Below are positions 15,862 to 24,720 of a stretch of DNA of 32,000 bases, in pieces; positions within the stretch are counted from its first letter, which is position 1; every line of letters begins with the position of its first letter. The translations under genes and the position numbers were made by a program. Source of the stretch: Pyrodictium delaneyi (lineage in GTDB: Archaea; Thermoproteota; Thermoprotei_A; Sulfolobales; Pyrodictiaceae); the NCBI RefSeq assembly GCF_001412615.1, contig NZ_CP013011.1:1950001-1982000 (forward strand). The letters run 5' to 3'. Below the pieces are notes generated by a model. The model saw only the letters and a list, made by a program, of their open reading frames with translations. It ran no database searches and was not told the DNA's origin.

Positions 15862-18549
15862 ATGCCGGGTTCCAGTCCATGTATGCTAGAGAAGCCTCAC
15901 ACGTTACCGCCAGAGGAGGCAGCTAGGAGGCTCGGCGTCAACCCCGCAACTGGGCTTAGTAATGAGGAGGCTAGAAGGAGGCTCGAAATCTGTGGTCCCA
16001 ACGTACTGGAGACCGGCAAGAGGAAGGGCTTCCTGGAGGTATTCCTAGAGCAGTTCAAGAACCTCTTCGTATTAATGCTTCTTGCGGCTACGGTTTTCAG
16101 CTTCTATGTAGGTGAGACCGTTGACGCTGTACTGATACTAGCTATAGTACTATTCATGGCTATACTTGGAGCTGTGCAGGAGTACAGAGCTGAGCGTATA
16201 CTTGAAGCTCTGAAGAAGCTAGCTTCGCCTAAGGCGCGAGTGCTCCGTGACGGCCGGATAGTAATGGTTGATGCCTCAGAAATTGTGCCCGGCGACGTGA
16301 TAATAGTTATGGAGGGCGACCGTGTCCCTGCCGATGCAAGGCTCCTCGAGGCCAAGGACCTGTATGTGGACGAGTCTACGTTGACGGGAGAGAGCGTACC
16401 AGTGCATAAAAAGGCTGACACAATACTACCCGAGGACACTATTGTCTCGGACCAGATTAACATGTTGTTCTCAAGCACCTACGTTGTACGCGGTACTGGT
16501 AAGGCTGTGGTTACAGCCACCGGGAGGAACACCTACATTGGCCGTATTGCCCGCATGGTTGCAGAGACGCGCGCTGAGAAGACCCCATTCCAGGTAGAGC
16601 TCGACAGACTCGCTAAAAGGATCGCCGCAATAGTGGTTCTCATTGCCACGTTGTCGTTTATCATAGGCTATGTGTTCCAGGAGGCAGACTTAGTAGACCT
16701 ACTGCTTACGAGTATAGCGCTTGCAGTGGCGGCTGTACCAGAGGGATTACCAGCCATAACTGTGATAGTATTCTCCATCGCGGCATGGAATATGGCTCGC
16801 AGGAACGCGCTAGTACGGCGCCTTGCCGCTGTAGAGGCGCTTGGCTCGGCAAGCGTCATCGCCACTGATAAGACTGGTACCCTTACTGTTAACGAGATGA
16901 CTGTTAGGCAGTTCCATACGCCCGACGGTAGAGTCTACATCACCACCGGCGAGGGATACAGACTCGAAGGCGGGGTATTCGAGGGCGATAAACAAGTCAC
17001 TGCCGAGAGCAGCCCCCTGCTAAGACTCGCTGGACTCGTCTCTATACTCAACAATAACGCTGAGCTAGAGAATGGAAAGATACACGGCGACCCTATGGAG
17101 GCTGCACTTCTCGTCTTCGCCCACAAACTAGGCATGGACCTAACCCAGGTGAAGAAAGAGTACCGGAGGCTCCGTGAGATAGCCTTTAGCAGCGAGAGGA
17201 AACGCATGACTGTAGTAGTTGAGGGGCCAGAAGGCCTGCTAGTACTCTCCAAGGGCGCGCCAGAGATAATCATAGAGAGGTCAACATCCTATATGACTAT
17301 TGACGGCAGCGAGAAGCCTCTCACAGACGCCGAGAAGACCAAGCTGCTAGAGCAGGTAGAGAATATAGCCGGTAAGGGCTTCCGTGTCCTCGCACTAGCT
17401 TACCGCCGGGGAGATAAGAGAGACCTAGAAGCCAGCGACGACGTGGTAGAGAGCCGCCTAGTGCTTCTAGGCATGGTGGCTATCATTGACCCGCCAAGGC
17501 CGGAGGTACCTGAGGCAGTCCGTAGAGCGCTTGAGGCCGGTATTAAGGTGGTAATGGTTACTGGCGACCACCCATCTACCGCTAGAGCTATAGCAGAGAT
17601 GATAGGCCTACCAAGAGGCAGAGTAGTGACCGGCCAGGAACTAGAAAAGATGAGTGACGACGAGCTCAAGAGGATAGCCGATGAGGTCATGGTATTTGCC
17701 AGAGTTACACCGGAGCATAAGGCGCGCATAGTCCGGGTCTACAAGGAGCTTGGCCACATAGTGGCTGTTACTGGTGACGGCGTCAACGACGCGCCCGCGT
17801 TGAAGCTAGCAGATATAGGTGTGGCTATGGGGCGGCGGGGCACCGAGGTAGCCAAGGAGGCTGCTGACATGATACTACTGGATGACAACTTTGCCACCAT
17901 AGTAGCGGCTGTCGAGGAGGGTAGGAGGAGTTTCGACAACGTTAAGCGCACAGTACTCTATCTACTCTCAGCAAATATAGCCGAGGTAGCAACCGTATTC
18001 TATGCTACGATAAAGGGTATAGGTACTATCTTCAACGCTGCTATGCTGCTCTGGATAAACATAGTGACAGACGGGTTCCCTGCTGCTGGAATGGCATTCG
18101 AGGAAGCTGAGCCTGACGTGATGAAGAGGCCGCCAAGACGGCGAGGCCAGGCAATACTTGGTAAGCCACAGTTCACCTATCTATTATTGCTTAGCACCAT
18201 CGAGACAGTGTTGACCCTTAGCTTCTACCACCTCTACGCAGCAGAGCTAAGCCCAGCACACGGCAGGGCAGCTGGCTTCCTGGCGCTGATGTATGCCGAG
18301 CTTGCACAGTCCATGGCATTACGCCGGCTCAACACACCGCTATCGCTAAAGATTATCCCGTCCAACCGGCAGTGGCTCGCAGGCTACATAGTTGGCGCAA
18401 TACTAGCCGCAATATCTGTAACCGTACTAGCAGACTTATTCCGTATAGGCAGCCTAAGCCCAGTCGACATAGCGTTAATATTCATCGTCTCCCATGTAGC
18501 AGTGCTGAGCTTTGAAGAGGTACGCAAAAGACTTGGACTACACGTCTAG
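15862..18549 (+). CDS. P-type cation-transporting ATPase, type II (Ca2+/cation pump-like)
   Basis: 895 aa. Cation-ATPase-N motif LSNEEARRRLEICGPN, actuator LTGESVPV, TM4 PEGLP, phosphorylation site DKTGTLT, and hinge TGDGVNDAPAL. Confidence 0.93.
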   Translation: MPGSSPCMLEKPHTLPPEEAARRLGVNPATGLSNEEARRRLEICGPNVLETGKRKGFLEVFLEQFKNLFVLMLLAATVFSFYVGETVDAVLILAIVLFMAILGAVQEYRAERILEALKKLASPKARVLRDGRIVMVDASEIVPGDVIIVMEGDRVPADARLLEAKDLYVDESTLTGESVPVHKKADTILPEDTIVSDQINMLFSSTYVVRGTGKAVVTATGRNTYIGRIARMVAETRAEKTPFQVELDRLAKRIAAIVVLIATLSFIIGYVFQEADLVDLLLTSIALAVAAVPEGLPAITVIVFSIAAWNMARRNALVRRLAAVEALGSASVIATDKTGTLTVNEMTVRQFHTPDGRVYITTGEGYRLEGGVFEGDKQVTAESSPLLRLAGLVSILNNNAELENGKIHGDPMEAALLVFAHKLGMDLTQVKKEYRRLREIAFSSERKRMTVVVEGPEGLLVLSKGAPEIIIERSTSYMTIDGSEKPLTDAEKTKLLEQVENIAGKGFRVLALAYRRGDKRDLEASDDVVESRLVLLGMVAIIDPPRPEVPEAVRRALEAGIKVVMVTGDHPSTARAIAEMIGLPRGRVVTGQELEKMSDDELKRIADEVMVFARVTPEHKARIVRVYKELGHIVAVTGDGVNDAPALKLADIGVAMGRRGTEVAKEAADMILLDDNFATIVAAVEEGRRSFDNVKRTVLYLLSANIAEVATVFYATIKGIGTIFNAAMLLWINIVTDGFPAAGMAFEEAEPDVMKRPPRRRGQAILGKPQFTYLLLLSTIETVLTLSFYHLYAAELSPAHGRAAGFLALMYAELAQSMALRRLNTPLSLKIIPSNRQWLAGYIVGAILAAISVTVLADLFRIGSLSPVDIALIFIVSHVAVLSFEEVRKRLGLHV

Positions 18550-19304
18550 CCTTGCACTGTTTTCACGCGCACACGTGCTTCAACTAGTCCCTCATCCGTA
18601 ATCACGAAGCTTGTCCATCCTTGGGATATGGGAGTACCCTTAGCCTTTTTCACTAATATCTCTCTCACCGCGACTCCAGCTTCAAGGGCTTCGCTATGAT
18701 ATCGTACTACCGCAAACACGTCTACCATATGTTCTAGTATAGCTGCTATCTCCGCATATAGCTGGCTTGGCGTATGTAGAGTAGCCAATGTGAACACGCT
18801 ACGACGCTTAGCAAGCGAGACACGGAGCACATTCACAAAGTCGTAGACGACAGTGGGCTCGTAGCGTAGAAAGAATGGGTAAAGACTGTCAATGACTACA
18901 AGCCCGTTACCCTTCACACCGTTCAGGTCAACAAGGCGCTGGATCGTAGCTGCAGCTGCATGCGTATCCAGCGTCGAAAGCCTTTCCGCTACATAGTCCT
19001 CGCTCTCGAGGCCATAGCGGGCCCCATACCCGTCTATGAATAGGAGCCTGCCTTGGGCGACATAACGGCGCGCCTCTATGCCTCGGCTCTCCATACTTTC
19101 AACAATGCTCTCAGGGTCGTCGTCCAAGCAAACATATACCACCTTTTCTCCACGATTCAACATGTTACCGGCTATGAGCTGCACTATGAGAGATTTTCCT
19201 GCACCACCCTCGCCGGCAAGGAGCATAAAACTCCTACGTGGCAATCCACGCGGTAGGAGCTTATCGAGAAGCTGTATGCCTAGTTTAATCCACTCGGTAG
19301 GCAA
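18546..19304 (-). CDS. single-domain KaiC/RadA-like (RecA-superfamily) ATPase
   Basis: Walker A LLAGEGGAGKSLIV and Walker-B-like GLVVIDSL. Length (252 aa) and layout match the stand-alone archaeal KaiC-like ATPases. TTG start. Confidence 0.7.
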   Translation of the reverse strand: MPTEWIKLGIQLLDKLLPRGLPRRSFMLLAGEGGAGKSLIVQLIAGNMLNRGEKVVYVCLDDDPESIVESMESRGIEARRYVAQGRLLFIDGYGARYGLESEDYVAERLSTLDTHAAAATIQRLVDLNGVKGNGLVVIDSLYPFFLRYEPTVVYDFVNVLRVSLAKRRSVFTLATLHTPSQLYAEIAAILEHMVDVFAVVRYHSEALEAGVAVREILVKKAKGTPISQGWTSFVITDEGLVEARVRVKTVQG

Positions 19305-19413
19305 GAGGCTGGTCCCAGAGCTATATAATGGTCCAGACCAGAGCTAAATACTTGTATTACGACTATAACTATTCAGCGAAACCCCATCCTCTACGCAAGG
19401 TGGTGCGACTGTC

Positions 19414-20082
19414 TTGAGATGGGATAAGACTCTGGGCCCCGCTTACACGGTTCTCCGTGTACATCTCGAACCCGGTGAGGAGCTATGGAGCGAGCCCGGC
19501 GCAATGATGCTGATGAAGGGTGACGTTGAGGTTAAGACTACGAGCGGTGGTATAGGTCGCGCTATACTCCGTAAACTAGCTGGTGGCGAGAGCTTCTTCT
19601 TCAACATATTTCGCGCGCATAGCCCTGCAGAGATATGGCTCGTCCCAGAAACGCCCGGCGATATAGAGGCTATCGAACTGAGAGATGACGAGTGGCTTAT
19701 ACAGGATACGAGTTACCTAGCCCATTATGGCGACGTGGAGGTCTCGGCGGGGTTCCGTGGTATTCGAGGCTTTATAGCGGAGGGCGAGCTATTCTGGCTG
19801 AAAGCTAGCGGCCGGGGCATAGTATGGATTAACAGCTATGGAGGCATCGAGCGTGTCGAAGTTCCACCTGGAGAGAAGGTAATAGTAGACAATTTTCACT
19901 TCGTAGCTATGCCAGCCTTTACTAGGTATAATGTAAGAAAGATAGGTGGATTGAAGACTCTAGTGTTTGGCGGTGAAGGACTGGTTATAGAGGTCGAGGG
20001 TCCTACAGTACTCTATCTCCAAACACGGACACTGCCTCCCCTAGCGAGACTTCTTGCAAAGTTCTTACCTAAGCGAGGCTAG
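19414..20082 (+). CDS. AIM24/TIGR00266 (DUF124) family protein
   Basis: N-terminal pattern VLRVHLEPGEELWSEPGAMMLMKGDVEVKT and later FWLKASGRGIVWINSYGGIERVEVPPGEKVIVDNFHFVA are typical of the AIM24 beta-helix-like family. Called from memory. Confidence 0.72.
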   Translation: MRWDKTLGPAYTVLRVHLEPGEELWSEPGAMMLMKGDVEVKTTSGGIGRAILRKLAGGESFFFNIFRAHSPAEIWLVPETPGDIEAIELRDDEWLIQDTSYLAHYGDVEVSAGFRGIRGFIAEGELFWLKASGRGIVWINSYGGIERVEVPPGEKVIVDNFHFVAMPAFTRYNVRKIGGLKTLVFGGEGLVIEVEGPTVLYLQTRTLPPLARLLAKFLPKRG

Positions 20083-21056
20083 GGCTCCGGCGGCGTGTAC
20101 CTCCAGAGAGATAACGGCGACGGCTCCGTCTTCCCCGGCTTGTTTTCGCCACGCCTGAGCCTTTCGAGCGCCCTACGTAACGGTTCCGCATCGAAGCCTA
20201 CCGTTGTATGGAGTGCTGCTAGGCCCTTCCATTTGCCGAAGCGGCGGGCTAGCTCGGAGCTGGCACTAGGTTCTGGAACCCGATACGCCTCGGCTGCAAG
20301 CCTCTTCAACCATCGATCAAGAGGCAGGCTAGAGTAGTCCCGGCATGCTAGAAGCTTCGTCAACGCATGCGAGTACGCGCCTATACCATGCACCTCGCGT
20401 ATGACGTCTACACTGCTACAGTCCAGCTCCTCCACTCTCCGCCTAGCTAGCTCCATCACAGTGCGTGCGCGGTAGCCTAGTCTAGCCTCGCGGAGGACAT
20501 GGTAGCTCAACTTATCCGGTCGAGGGGTCTCGAGGTATAGACCGTAGGGTGTTCTCAGCCGCCGTGATGCTAGTAGGTGTAACTTGTATAGCATACCCCA
20601 GCCTTGCCGAAAGCTAGCATTTTGCTGGCACACCGCCACGAGCACGGCGTACCAGATACTACAGCTGCGCAGCCTCAGCCCAGGCAGCGTCTCGACCACG
20701 CCACCTACTAGAGGATCATCGCGAGCCCGCTTACGATAATCGTCTATGTCCTCGTTGAGCCCCATCATCCACTGTATCTTGCCTATCATATCCTCCCAGC
20801 AACGCTGCCCTTTCTCGGCAAACACTTCCACGATTATAGTATTGTTCGTCTCGCGGAGAACTGCTACAGACCCGCTGCACAGCTCTATCTTCACTAGCGA
20901 GCCATCATACATCCAGCCGAAACTGTACAAGCGCCCAGTGTCTGTTAGGCTATAGCCCGGAGGATGACGTAGCTCAGTCTCGTAAGCCTTCTCGAGCTTC
21001 ACAATATCGTCCTGCACCTTTCCCCAGCACCCTCCATCTGTAAAAGTGTTGAACAA
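20079..21056 (-). CDS. HhH-GPD superfamily DNA glycosylase (AlkA/Ogg-like)
   Basis: Helix-hairpin-helix region IREVHGIGAYSHALTKLL followed by the Asp-containing PLDRWLKRL. QQNASFRQGW resembles the AlkA core. The N-terminal ~110 aa could be the AlkA-type N-domain. TTG start. Confidence 0.65.
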   Translation of the reverse strand: MFNTFTDGGCWGKVQDDIVKLEKAYETELRHPPGYSLTDTGRLYSFGWMYDGSLVKIELCSGSVAVLRETNNTIIVEVFAEKGQRCWEDMIGKIQWMMGLNEDIDDYRKRARDDPLVGGVVETLPGLRLRSCSIWYAVLVAVCQQNASFRQGWGMLYKLHLLASRRLRTPYGLYLETPRPDKLSYHVLREARLGYRARTVMELARRRVEELDCSSVDVIREVHGIGAYSHALTKLLACRDYSSLPLDRWLKRLAAEAYRVPEPSASSELARRFGKWKGLAALHTTVGFDAEPLRRALERLRRGENKPGKTEPSPLSLWRYTPPEP

Positions 21057-21209
21057 CTATGCTGCCATCCAAGCGAGATGAATGCACTGCCAAAAGTCGG
21101 CAGTCGTTCCAGAGCATACCGGGTATGGTCTAGATATAAAGCCGTTGAAGCCCTGGCAAAGCTAAACGCGGGACAACGGGCCTAAGTAAGGATATGCTGA
21201 GGGAGGATT

Positions 21210-21680
21210 GTGACTCTAGACCATACAGTGGTTGTAGCACTTCTGATGGGCCTCATGCCGGGCTTTGAGCCGAGATACGCGCTCCCAGTACTAGCCATGA
21301 GGCTGGGTATACTCCCAGCACTCTTGCTGGCCTCGCTAGAGGTCCTCCTACTTTCAGTCCTACTTCCTATCGTAGCGCAGCAAGCCTGGCACTTACTGCT
21401 AGCTTATTCGGAGCGTCTCCCAGTGCTGGGAAAGCTCGTCACCCGGATTGAGGCAGCGCGTCAGAAGGCCCACCGGCTTACGTCGAGGTATGGGCTTCTA
21501 GGCCTAGCACTCTTCGTTGCTGTTCCTCTCCCGGTTACTGGCATCTATACTGGGGCTGTTGTCTCACTCCTCCTAGGGATAGACGCTAGGAAGGCTGCCA
21601 TAGCGCTGGCCATGGGCGGACTGGCGTCTCTAGCCATAGTATCGCTGTTAACACTTGGAGTTCAGTTGGCCCAAGGATAG
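21210..21680 (+). CDS. small multidrug export protein family (COG2426-like) membrane protein
   Basis: 156 aa with 4 hydrophobic segments. PGFEPRYALPVL near the N-terminus and VAVPLPVTGIYTGAVVSLLLG are motifs I associate with this family. Confidence 0.6.
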   Translation: MTLDHTVVVALLMGLMPGFEPRYALPVLAMRLGILPALLLASLEVLLLSVLLPIVAQQAWHLLLAYSERLPVLGKLVTRIEAARQKAHRLTSRYGLLGLALFVAVPLPVTGIYTGAVVSLLLGIDARKAAIALAMGGLASLAIVSLLTLGVQLAQG

Positions 21681-21698
21681 GGGAGAAGGTGCCGAGTC

Positions 21699-22898
21699 TT
21701 GGTGGGTGAGCCACTGCCGAGTGTTCGGGTCGCCGGAGAAGGAGCTGCAGCGGTAAAGAAAGAAGGGGCGTTGATGGTCTACCGCAAGTGGGTTGATGCA
21801 CCTCGGGGACTGCCGCCCGGCAGCCTAGTAGTGATTGAAGACAGGCGGGGAGAGCTTCTTGGCTGCGGTCTCTACGACACCGTCGGCCCGGTTGCTCTGA
21901 GACTAGTGGAACTCGGGAGCTGCAGCTTTAGCAGCGCTGAGGAGGCTGTGTACGCGCTCATTGAGGCCGCGTACAAGGTGCGGCAGAGGATAGGCTATGC
22001 CGGGGATCCGGAGGCCGGCTACCGGCTAGTGCACAGCGATGGCGACATGATGCCGGGCCTCATAGTTGACGTGTATGCCGACCTGGCCGTATACCAGTCG
22101 AGCAGCATCGTGTGGGATGTGCACGGAGAGACTGTGGCTAGAGCACTAGCCGAAATAACTGGAGTACGCCATGTATACGAGAAAAGTCTGCAAAGAACAC
22201 GCCGCGATATCGGCTTGCCTCCCCGCGAGGGTCTACGCATCGGCAACAAGACTAGGACAATCATACGCGAGGGAGAGGCAAGGTTCATAGTGGATGCACG
22301 TATCGGACAGAAGACTGGTTTCTTCCTCGACCAGAGGCTCAACAGGCTAGACTTTGGGAGACTCGCAGAGGGCACCGTACTAGACCTCTTCAGCTACACT
22401 GGCGGCTTCGGCATACAAGCCCTGCTAAACGGAGCAGAGAGAGCTGTGTTCGTCGAAGAGGACGAGAAAGCTGTCAAACTGCTACGCTCCAATCTCGAAC
22501 TCAACCGGGTAGCCGACCGAGCAGAGATAGTCCAGTCTAACGTCTGGAGCTTCCTAGCCAGCGCCACTAACAAGGGGGAGAGCTACAACGCTATATCGGT
22601 TGACCCACCTGCGTTCATACCACATCCAGGCGCGTACCGGAAAGGAGTACAAGCATACACGAGGCTCTATGCTCTCTCAGCCAGGATAGGCTCTAACGAC
22701 TCCCTTCTAGCCCTCAGTAGCTGTAGCACACACCTCAACCGAGAAGACTTCATGAGGGTTGTGGCTAGAGCATTAGCCTGGAGCGGTAGGAGCTACCGGC
22801 CCCTAGGCAGTGTCCGGGGCATGCCCCCAGATCATCCTGTTAGGCCTTCCTCACCCCACCTCGAGTACCTTAAGTCGATATTCATTGTCCTAGACTAG
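21699..22898 (+). CDS. class I SAM-dependent RNA (cytosine-C5) methyltransferase, RlmI-like with PUA-like N-domain
   Basis: SAM motif VLDLFSYTGGFGIQAL and catalytic-loop motif ISVDPPAF. The N-terminal part (...GALMVYRKWV...PGSLVVIED) resembles the RlmI PUA/EEHEE region, so the TTG 21699 start is preferred over ATG 21774. Confidence 0.75.
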   Translation: MVGEPLPSVRVAGEGAAAVKKEGALMVYRKWVDAPRGLPPGSLVVIEDRRGELLGCGLYDTVGPVALRLVELGSCSFSSAEEAVYALIEAAYKVRQRIGYAGDPEAGYRLVHSDGDMMPGLIVDVYADLAVYQSSSIVWDVHGETVARALAEITGVRHVYEKSLQRTRRDIGLPPREGLRIGNKTRTIIREGEARFIVDARIGQKTGFFLDQRLNRLDFGRLAEGTVLDLFSYTGGFGIQALLNGAERAVFVEEDEKAVKLLRSNLELNRVADRAEIVQSNVWSFLASATNKGESYNAISVDPPAFIPHPGAYRKGVQAYTRLYALSARIGSNDSLLALSSCSTHLNREDFMRVVARALAWSGRSYRPLGSVRGMPPDHPVRPSSPHLEYLKSIFIVLD

Positions 22899-22917
22899 GG
22901 CAGCCCGGTGTTTAGCC

Positions 22918-23052
22918 TCATACGAGCTCCTCTAGGCATAGGATACACGCGTCGGGCACGGTATAAGCAGTATCTCCCCCATCTACCTTATCCAGGATTA
23001 TCACTGCCGCTAGGAGTACGAGCGCACCCGTAGCCGCTAGTGCTACGAGCAA
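22918..23052 (-). CDS. possible small membrane protein (44 aa), divergent from the HerA-like gene
   Basis: Own translation from TTG 23052: (M)LVALAATGALVLLAAVIILDKVDGGDTAYTVPDACILCLEELV. One clear TM helix, with an A/T box (23090-23100) upstream. Below the track cutoff, so it could be chance. Confidence 0.25.
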   Translation of the reverse strand: MLVALAATGALVLLAAVIILDKVDGGDTAYTVPDACILCLEELV

Positions 23053-23089
23053 ACTCTACTCCCACACTTCTCCCACCATAGTTGGAGGG

Positions 23090-23100
23090 TTAAATATATT
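23090..23100. promoter_or_regulatory. A/T box (ttaaatatatt) in the 22899-23169 intergenic region, candidate TATA element
   Basis: The only strongly A/T-rich element in this spacer. It lies about 70 nt upstream of the HerA-like TTG start (plus) and about 40 nt upstream of the 23052 small ORF (minus). Confidence 0.3.
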
Positions 23101-23169
23101 GCCATACAGCTCGACGAGAGCCTACTTCTAGTATTCCCAGGAGCTACTAGCCACCGGGTACGGGTAGAC

Positions 23170-24720
23170 TTGCCCATAGCTCTCCCAAGGATAGCAGAGG
23201 AAGTCGGCATAGTGCTCAGCGGCGCAAGCACCTCGATGGCACCAATAGCGCTCCGGAGAGACCGAGAGCTACGCGTCCTCGAAGAGGACCTAGTCTTACT
23301 AGTAGACCCCCGTCTAGAGAACTATTACATGCTCGGAGTCGTGCGCTGGATTACCAGGTACGAGCCCTTCCTCCGCAGAAGTATACATAACATATACGTG
23401 GAGCACCCCGACGCACTTGATACCGAGGTAGTCATGCCCTTCTCTAACGCCTACGTGGAGATATACGCAGGCATATGCGATGAAGGCCCAGTATGCGACG
23501 GGAGAAAAGGGCTTGTTAACAACGTCTACGCGCCAACACCCGGCAGCAAGGTCTTCAAGCTAATAGACGCCGAGCCCATTACAAAGTATCTAACTGTCTC
23601 AAAGCCGATTAGCATAGGTGTGCACAAGTATAGCAAGTGGCGCCTACCACTGGACACCGAGTGGCTCAACTACCATGTGGGCGTCTTCGGCGCCACCGGG
23701 ACAGGCAAGAGCAGACTCATACTACGTATGATGAACGAGCTAACGAGGAAAGGCTATAACCTAATAGTATTCGACCATAGCGGTGTAGACTATACACCAT
23801 TCGCCACAAGACTCGGCGGCACCGTTATCAAGGCTTCCGAGATACGGATCGAGCCACAAATATTCGCCTCCATTCTCTCCCGGCTTACCGGCGTCCAGGG
23901 CCAGCAACGCGATGCTATAGAGATAGCAGCAATGTGTTATACAATGAACGTATATAAGAGTAATGGAGGCGGTGAACGCTACAATAGTGAGGAATGTCGC
24001 GAGATAACCGGCCAGAAGTCTAAGCAGCAAGGTCTCAGCCGTTTCGCCAGAAGTAGCGAGGAGCCAGGAGCAAGAGACGAGTTCCTCGAACTCCTCAAGA
24101 CTGTCGCGCTGCGGCTCAATTTACGCTCGACTAGCATAATCAAACTTAGACTCCTAACCCGTCTTTCAGTACCCGAACACGTGTTTGAGAGCTTAAAGGC
24201 ACGAAAGATAGAGCCATTGGAGGTCGTGAATACTGCCCTCCGTGAGAGGCTCGTTGTGATCGATATGAGCGACGAGCAAGACATAGAGGTTAAGCGGGGT
24301 ATATTAGCATCCATAGCTTCCGCTGCATGGGAGCTCATAGCCGAGAGAAGGGAGCCCATAGGCCTAGGCTTAGTAGTAGACGAGGCCCAGAACTATGCTT
24401 GCGAGTACTGCGGCGAGGCCGGCAGAGCTCTTGAGACCATAGCCCGGGAGGGGAGGAAGTGGAAGTACTTCATCATAGTAGCTAGCCAGCGTGTAGCACG
24501 CGACATAAGACCTGGTGTGAGGAGCAACCTCGGCACTGTGTTCTTCTCGAAACTCCAAGCTACCGGAGATCTACAGGAGTTGGCTGGCTACCTCGACCTA
24601 GGCCGGGTGACCGAGGCTAGCCTGGCTATGCTGGGACGCCGCGAGTTCTACGTGGCTGGGCTAATGAATCCGCTGCGTAGACCGCTGCTCATACACGTTG
24701 ATAGCGTCGAGGAGGGCTAG
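23170..24720 (+). CDS. herA: HerA-like (FtsK/HerA superfamily, DUF87) hexameric ATPase
   Basis: N-terminal HAS-barrel-like EEVGIVLSGAS...LVLLVD...YMLGVV. Walker A GVFGATGTGKSRL and Walker B GLVVDEAQNY. 516 aa. TTG start. Confidence 0.8.
   Translation: MPIALPRIAEEVGIVLSGASTSMAPIALRRDRELRVLEEDLVLLVDPRLENYYMLGVVRWITRYEPFLRRSIHNIYVEHPDALDTEVVMPFSNAYVEIYAGICDEGPVCDGRKGLVNNVYAPTPGSKVFKLIDAEPITKYLTVSKPISIGVHKYSKWRLPLDTEWLNYHVGVFGATGTGKSRLILRMMNELTRKGYNLIVFDHSGVDYTPFATRLGGTVIKASEIRIEPQIFASILSRLTGVQGQQRDAIEIAAMCYTMNVYKSNGGGERYNSEECREITGQKSKQQGLSRFARSSEEPGARDEFLELLKTVALRLNLRSTSIIKLRLLTRLSVPEHVFESLKARKIEPLEVVNTALRERLVVIDMSDEQDIEVKRGILASIASAAWELIAERREPIGLGLVVDEAQNYACEYCGEAGRALETIAREGRKWKYFIIVASQRVARDIRPGVRSNLGTVFFSKLQATGDLQELAGYLDLGRVTEASLAMLGRREFYVAGLMNPLRRPLLIHVDSVEEG

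Noticed and set aside
16104-17951. Series of minus-strand ORFs (61-124 aa) inside the P-type ATPase gene
   Set aside because: They are antisense shadow ORFs (Ser/Thr/Ala-rich) within an unambiguous 895-aa P-type ATPase.
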